Below, piece by piece: positions 27,196-32,000 of a stretch of 32,000 nt of DNA. A program made the position numbers and the translations under genes. A model generated the notes under the pieces. It had not been told where the DNA came from, ran no database searches, and worked only from the letters and a program-made list of their open reading frames with translations. The stretch lies in NCBI RefSeq assembly GCF_000008465.1, contig NC_006512.1, positions 600,001 through 632,000 of the forward strand, read 5' to 3'. Source of the DNA: Idiomarina loihiensis L2TR. Lineage in GTDB: Bacteria > Pseudomonadota > Gammaproteobacteria > Enterobacterales > Alteromonadaceae. Position 1 is the stretch's first letter. Each line of letters begins with the position of its first letter.

Positions 27196-28563
27196 ATGCC
27201 GAAGTCTGCAGTATCGCTGTTTGCTATTTTACTGCTGGCCGCTAGTGTAATAACGGCCTGCAGTCCTCAAACCCGCCCCGATGCCATGTCCGTAGTTCAG
27301 GAACGCCAGGTATTGCGGGTGGGAACATTGATAAACCCAACCAGTTATTATTTTGACCATGACCGGGAGCAGGGCTTCGAGTACGACTTGGCGAAACGCT
27401 TTGCTGATCGCTTAGGGGTTGAGCTGGAAATGGTGCCGCGCTTTGACGTGAATGACTTGTTTACCATGCTGCGCCGCGGTGAAGTTGATATTGTTGCGGC
27501 GGGTCTTGACCGGACATCGACGCGTGCTCAGCTGTTCCGTTTTAGCCCGCCTTACGACATTATTAGCCAGAAAGTGGTTTTCAAACAAGGTTCACGGCAG
27601 CGCCCGCGTGACTTACAGCAAATTACTGATGGTGAAATTGTTGTAGTAGAAGGCAGTTCGCACCATGAGTTTTTAAAAAGTCTGGGCGATAGTATTCCTA
27701 CTTTAAAGTGGCGCGCGACCCGGGACCATGATGCGGTTGAATTGCTACAGATGGTGATTAGCGGCGAGGTCGATTACACCATTACCGACAGTACTGCATT
27801 AGATATTCAACGGCGGTTTCATCCTGATTTAAGTGTGGCTTTTACGGTAAAGCATGATCAAGACATTGCCTGGGCTTTACCGCAGGGTAAAGATGACTCT
27901 TTGTTTGCCGCCGTTATTGAATATTTTGGTGAGATTCGTTCCAGTGGGCGTTTAGCCCATATTAAAGAGCAGCACTTTGGTCATGTAAAACAATTTAACT
28001 ATGTCACTACCAGCTTATTTATTGAAGCGGTAGAGCAAGTTTTACCCGGTTATATTGAAACCTTTAAAGAACATTCGGGCTCGCTTGACTGGCGGTTACT
28101 GGCTGCTATTTCCTATCAGGAGTCGTTGTGGAATCCGCGAGCAGTGTCTCCTACAGGTGTGCGCGGCATGATGATGCTGACTTTGCCTACAGCGAAAGCT
28201 ATGGGCGTTAAAAGCCGCTTGAATGCCGAACAAAGTATTCGCGGCGGTGCACGTTATCTGGAGCGTATGTTGAATAGGGTGCCGGCAAGAATTCCTCAAC
28301 CGGACAGAACCTGGTTTGCGATAGCTGCGTATAATATAGGATTCGGGCATTTAGAGGACGCGCGAATAATAACGGAGCGTCAGGGTGGTAACCCGGACCG
28401 TTGGGTGGATGTGAAGAAACGCTTGCCGCTGCTGAGACAAAAGCAGTTTTACCGACATACCCGCTATGGTTTTGCTCGAGGCGATGAACCCGTGACCTAT
28501 GTTGGTAACATCCGCCGCTTTTACGACACATTGAAATATTTAGATGAGCAAGGGCGGCTGTAG
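27196..28563 (+). CDS. mltF: Membrane-bound lytic murein transglycosylase F
   Basis: It has a lipobox (VITAC), an N-terminal PBP-type domain and an SLT domain (ISYQESLWNPRAVSPTGVRGMMMLT; AYNIGFGH). Proximity to tadA resembles the enterobacterial tadA-mltF neighbourhood. Confidence 0.85.
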   Translation: MPKSAVSLFAILLLAASVITACSPQTRPDAMSVVQERQVLRVGTLINPTSYYFDHDREQGFEYDLAKRFADRLGVELEMVPRFDVNDLFTMLRRGEVDIVAAGLDRTSTRAQLFRFSPPYDIISQKVVFKQGSRQRPRDLQQITDGEIVVVEGSSHHEFLKSLGDSIPTLKWRATRDHDAVELLQMVISGEVDYTITDSTALDIQRRFHPDLSVAFTVKHDQDIAWALPQGKDDSLFAAVIEYFGEIRSSGRLAHIKEQHFGHVKQFNYVTTSLFIEAVEQVLPGYIETFKEHSGSLDWRLLAAISYQESLWNPRAVSPTGVRGMMMLTLPTAKAMGVKSRLNAEQSIRGGARYLERMLNRVPARIPQPDRTWFAIAAYNIGFGHLEDARIITERQGGNPDRWVDVKKRLPLLRQKQFYRHTRYGFARGDEPVTYVGNIRRFYDTLKYLDEQGRL

Positions 28564-28575
28564 CCGTCCCGCGAC

Positions 28576-28626
28576 GTAGCCTGGCATTTATGTCAGGTGA
28601 GATGCTGATTCCTGACGTAAACGTCA
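28576..28626. repeat. REPIN copy 5, left part (A-variant arm with one G substitution, spacer, and start of the G-variant arm up to TCA)
   Basis: GTAGCCTGGCATTTATGTCAGG, then spacer tgagatgctgatt, then CCTGACGTAAACGTCA. The arm is completed by GGCTAC at 30009-30014, on the far side of the IS. Confidence 0.85.
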
Positions 28627-28642
28627 TATATGGTCCCCTCCC

Positions 28643-28888
28643 GTTTTGCAACGGCAACTCGTGGTAAATGTCGGGGCGCTCGCATATATACGGCCTGTTT
28701 ATGGTGCGCGCTTTGCGCACCTGGCCTGGATGAACTCCGCACGACAACTGGCTTATCAGGCTAACGTACTTTATGTACGGACGTTCAACAGTCTCAGTTG
28801 TCGTCGGTTTACCCTATTTTACCATCCTGTTGACGTTTGCAACTCCCGGAAGGAATGAACCTTCGCTGTGCTCTTTTACTGAATGCTG
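28643..28888 (-). ncRNA. Candidate bridge/seek RNA of IS copy B
   Basis: This is the mirror image of 10037-10282. For example, TCAGGCTA at 28756-28763 is the reverse complement of TAGCCTGA. Confidence 0.5.
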
Positions 28889-29920
28889 TTAAGCAGCAGT
28901 CATCCGGTAATCTTCTTTATTCTTTAACATCGCCCAGATTATCCGGGCGTGCTTGTTAGCCAGTGCCACCGCTGCAACGTTGTTGCCTCTGCGTTTAGCG
29001 ACATCCTGTGCCCAGAGGCTCAGCCTGTCGTGGCGCTGTTGTGCCACCCGCAGTGCCGAGCGGGCGCCATGCACCAGCAGTGTCCTGAGTTTGGTGTTCC
29101 CTTTTTTGGTAATACCGCCTAAACGGTCTTTACCGCCACTGCTGTTTTGCCGTGGTACCAGTCCCAGGTATTCCGACAGGTTGCGGCCGCGTTTAAATTC
29201 ACTCACATCACCTATCAGTGCCAGCAGCGAGGTCGCTGTTATCGGTCCGATACCCGGCAGGGTCATCAGCCGCTGACTGTCTTCATTCCTTTCGGCCTGT
29301 GTCGCTAAGTGCTTATCCAGCGCTTTAACTTCTTCATCCACCGCTCGCAGCATCTGATAGAGCCGGTTGATGAGGTCCCGTGACTGAAGCGTCAGCGCAT
29401 TGCTGTCGTCTTCCAGTACCTCCGGTACTCTCTGTAATATCGTACCGACTCGCTTCGGTAAAAGAATGCCGTATTCGGCCAGTTGCCCCCGCAACCTATT
29501 CGAGAACTGCGTTCTCGTCTGCACGAAGCCTTCCCGCTGATTGACCATCAATGCTAAGTCCTGCTGCTCAATGCTTTTCAGCCTGACCGTCTGACGGTTG
29601 GGTCGTGATGCCGCCTCGGCTATTGCCCGGGCGTCATTCGCATCGTTCTTCTCACCCTGCAGGTACGCTTTGACGAAACGCGGTGGCAACGCCACCGTTT
29701 TATAACCCAGCTTTTCACATTCGCGGCGCCAGTAATGACTCATGCCGCAGGACTCAACCGCTACTTCACAGTCATCCGTACGGCTCAGCGTCGCCAGCTT
29801 CGCTAACACTTTATTGCTGCGCAGTTTTTTATTAAAAACTTCCTGCTCATTTTCATCCAGCGCCAAAACCTGAATAAAATCCTTTGCCAAATCCAGGGCA
29901 ATTCTGTTTACAATAGCCAT
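28889..29920 (-). CDS. IS110-family DEDD transposase/recombinase (copy B)
   Basis: The translation is identical to that of 9005-10036. Confidence 0.9.
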   Translation of the reverse strand: MAIVNRIALDLAKDFIQVLALDENEQEVFNKKLRSNKVLAKLATLSRTDDCEVAVESCGMSHYWRRECEKLGYKTVALPPRFVKAYLQGEKNDANDARAIAEAASRPNRQTVRLKSIEQQDLALMVNQREGFVQTRTQFSNRLRGQLAEYGILLPKRVGTILQRVPEVLEDDSNALTLQSRDLINRLYQMLRAVDEEVKALDKHLATQAERNEDSQRLMTLPGIGPITATSLLALIGDVSEFKRGRNLSEYLGLVPRQNSSGGKDRLGGITKKGNTKLRTLLVHGARSALRVAQQRHDRLSLWAQDVAKRRGNNVAAVALANKHARIIWAMLKNKEDYRMTAA

Positions 29921-30005
29921 TGGTCCTCTCCACTCTGTTCTATAGAAGCTTGAACCTCTATATTGGCACATTGCGATGCCGCTTAGGAGGGAGGGGACCA
30001 TCTCA

Positions 30006-30014
30006 TCAGGCTAC
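30006..30014. repeat. Right stub (TCAGGCTAC) of REPIN copy 5
   Basis: It completes the G-variant arm that the IS interrupts. Confidence 0.85.
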
Positions 30015-30040
30015 GAAAATGATAAAATTAGGTGTTTAAA

Positions 30041-32000
30041 ATGAAAAAGACAGTCGCCGCAGTGCTAATGGCTTTAGCTCCGGTATTTGCCTTAGCACAA
30101 AGCCTTGGCGACAAAATTGAACTATCCGTAAACAATCAGGTTATTGAAGCGACTCTGGCCGAGCCTTTGTCGTCGGGAAACAGTTATCGACTCACTTTTG
30201 AAGACCGCTATGGTGACACTCAGCATTTAGGTTTTTTGCATAAGCGTGGCGATAACCAGCTTATTTCCATTACGCATCCCGATGTGGGGGAAGTGGAAAT
30301 TCGTCGCGTAAACGGTAAAACCTATATTAATCAAAGAAACCGAACACCATCGGAGCCGTTAAAACCTAAGAGTCGGACAGAACCACAACAACTGGAAAAA
30401 CAGCTTCAGCTAGCTCCTGCTCCGCGTAAAGCGGCACTGACGAAAGCCAACAACGCTCAAATAACCTCCCTGGTGACTCAGTTCGATAACAACGTTGACG
30501 TGTTATTTCTGTACGACGAACGCTTATTGGGCTATGCCGATGATAAAGGTTACGATTTAGCTTTACGCATTGAAGCCGCCGTGAGCACAAGTAACTCTAT
30601 TTTTGAACGTTCACAATTACCCGTTGAAATGTCTGTGGCCGGTGTTAGTTTTTTCAATCCGGCATCTACCACTAGCTTTCCGACAGAAGACCCTAACGCG
30701 ATTATTGATGAACTGGTTGATGATCAGCGGGTTCGCCGGTTGATGGATCGCTATCAGGCCGATGTCGTCCATTTTATTGGCGCTGAAAACCCCACTGTTT
30801 GCGGCCTGGCTTTTGTTGCTACCGACTTTAATGTCAGTGACAACTTAGTGAATAGGGTGAGCGGCGCCGCGGGTGCAGGTTATACTGCATTATCCTGTAC
30901 GGGCACGGGAACTGTTGCGCACGAGGTTGGGCATAACTTCGGACTCAATCATGACCGCTATACCTTGGCCGACAATGCGAGTGGCGGTGGCGGTGATCAG
31001 AAGGATTACCATATTCCTTACGGCTTTATTGAAGATAGCGGACTTTTTTACACGACCATGTCATACGGCAGTGTCTGTCGGAGTGAATTTGGTAGCGGTG
31101 CCGTCTGTCGGGATGAAGCTGTCTACTCCAGCCCCGATATAGTAGATAGTGACTCTGGACTGCCAATGGGTAAAGCTGAGTCTCAAATTGATGCGGCTGA
31201 TGCCAGTACGGCGGCTCAGCGCAGCACGGTGGTTTGGGCTAATAATGCGTCACGCACTAATGTGAATGCTATGGCAGCCAGTCGCTCCGGCAATTCCGAG
31301 CTAACTTTAAGTTGGCCGGCGGTTGCTAATGCCGACCGCTATGCATTAGCCGGTGGGCGCTGCGAACAGTATGAGTCTGTAAGTCGTGAAGCTCTTTTGG
31401 ACTTGCAAAGCTTTAGTGTGAACTCGGTTGCTTTAGGCGGCATACCCAACGGCTCAACCGATATCTGCATTATCGCGATAGAGGAACTGACCAACGGTGC
31501 TGTTCGCTGGCGTTTTGTCAGCAATAGTAGCTTTAGTGGTAACTTCTCGAATACTAATGCAAATTACCTGTTACTGAATAGCAATGTGATGGGCTTGGTG
31601 GAAGCCGGAGATCAGGCCAGCTTTACTATTGAGCTATCGGATGCCGATACCAGTAACCAGTCATTACAGATGGCTGTTCCGACAACCGCTAGTGGCACTT
31701 CGGTGAGTCAGGACGTGGGTATAGCAACTGCCGGACAATGGTTTGACTGGGTTGTCAGCGGTAGTGGCAACACACGTATGATGACGGTAACTTTAAAGAC
31801 CGATATTGAAGAGATTGCGGCAAGCCTGGATAAAGACACTATTTTTAATCCGTTCCACTTGCGTTTAAAAGTGGTGAATACCGCTTTTAACGATTTTAAT
31901 ATTTCCAGCGGACTGTGGAATGACCCTTCTAGTATGGTTGGCTCGCGTCCGCAGGCTTTTTTAAGTTCGGGTGATACGGTTGGCGAACTGGAGGTGCTGG
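30041..32000 (+). CDS. Secreted zinc metalloprotease, reprolysin/metzincin-like (partial, runs off the window)
   Basis: The frame is open from ATG at 30041 to the window end. This ORF is not in the track because there is no stop. It has a signal peptide (MKKTVAAVLMALAPVFALAQS) and the zinc motif HEVGHNFGLNHD at about 30922-30957. Confidence 0.7.
   Translation, partial: MKKTVAAVLMALAPVFALAQSLGDKIELSVNNQVIEATLAEPLSSGNSYRLTFEDRYGDTQHLGFLHKRGDNQLISITHPDVGEVEIRRVNGKTYINQRNRTPSEPLKPKSRTEPQQLEKQLQLAPAPRKAALTKANNAQITSLVTQFDNNVDVLFLYDERLLGYADDKGYDLALRIEAAVSTSNSIFERSQLPVEMSVAGVSFFNPASTTSFPTEDPNAIIDELVDDQRVRRLMDRYQADVVHFIGAENPTVCGLAFVATDFNVSDNLVNRVSGAAGAGYTALSCTGTGTVAHEVGHNFGLNHDRYTLADNASGGGGDQKDYHIPYGFIEDSGLFYTTMSYGSVCRSEFGSGAVCRDEAVYSSPDIVDSDSGLPMGKAESQIDAADASTAAQRSTVVWANNASRTNVNAMAASRSGNSELTLSWPAVANADRYALAGGRCEQYESVSREALLDLQSFSVNSVALGGIPNGSTDICIIAIEELTNGAVRWRFVSNSSFSGNFSNTNANYLLLNSNVMGLVEAGDQASFTIELSDADTSNQSLQMAVPTTASGTSVSQDVGIATAGQWFDWVVSGSGNTRMMTVTLKTDIEEIAASLDKDTIFNPFHLRLKVVNTAFNDFNISSGLWNDPSSMVGSRPQAFLSSGDTVGELEVL

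Larger units (their letters stand above)
28627..30005 (-). mobile_element. IS110/IS1111-family insertion sequence, copy B (inverted relative to copy A)
   Basis: It has the same ends as copy A in reverse complement, with TCA on both sides (28624-28626 and 30006-30008). All ORF-track translations that map inside it (370, 107 and 70 aa) are identical to those of copy A. Confidence 0.9.

Overview
This is a chromosomal window from a marine-type gammaproteobacterium. The gene content looks Alteromonadales-like, but the taxon is a guess. The housekeeping backbone, in order, is: a yjbH-type exopolysaccharide outer-membrane protein (apparently a YjbG-YjbH fusion), a CapD/WbpM-like sugar dehydratase, pgi, cysQ, guaB-guaA, a small beta-barrel OMP, a secreted EEP-family nuclease/phosphatase, two tandem Oar-like TonB-dependent receptors, an NhaC-family antiporter, tadA, a secreted M20 amidohydrolase, mltF, and a partial secreted HExxH metalloprotease.

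Four accessory layers sit on this backbone.
1. A family of REPIN-like double palindromes with core GTAGCCTGAC(A/G)TTTA(T/C)GTCAGG, present in 5 copies.
2. Two apparently identical, inverted copies of an IS110/IS1111-family insertion sequence of about 1.38 kb. Each is inserted at the same TGA in the same 'G-variant' REPIN arm. The 3' non-coding region of the IS folds on paper into two internal loops whose strands match the target and the IS ends, so it is a candidate bridge/seek RNA.
3. An AT-rich, transposase-less two-gene cassette between pgi and cysQ. It encodes a SatD-like palm/GGDEF-like + HTH protein and a DUF3307-like polytopic membrane protein, and it is bounded by 51-bp imperfect inverted repeats built from TGTAAC-N8-GTTACA palindromes. 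This is my best candidate for an undescribed system.
4. A small-ORF + AbiEii-like nucleotidyltransferase pair next to guaB.

All calls come from reading the sequence and ORF translations and from remembered family motifs. No searches were run.
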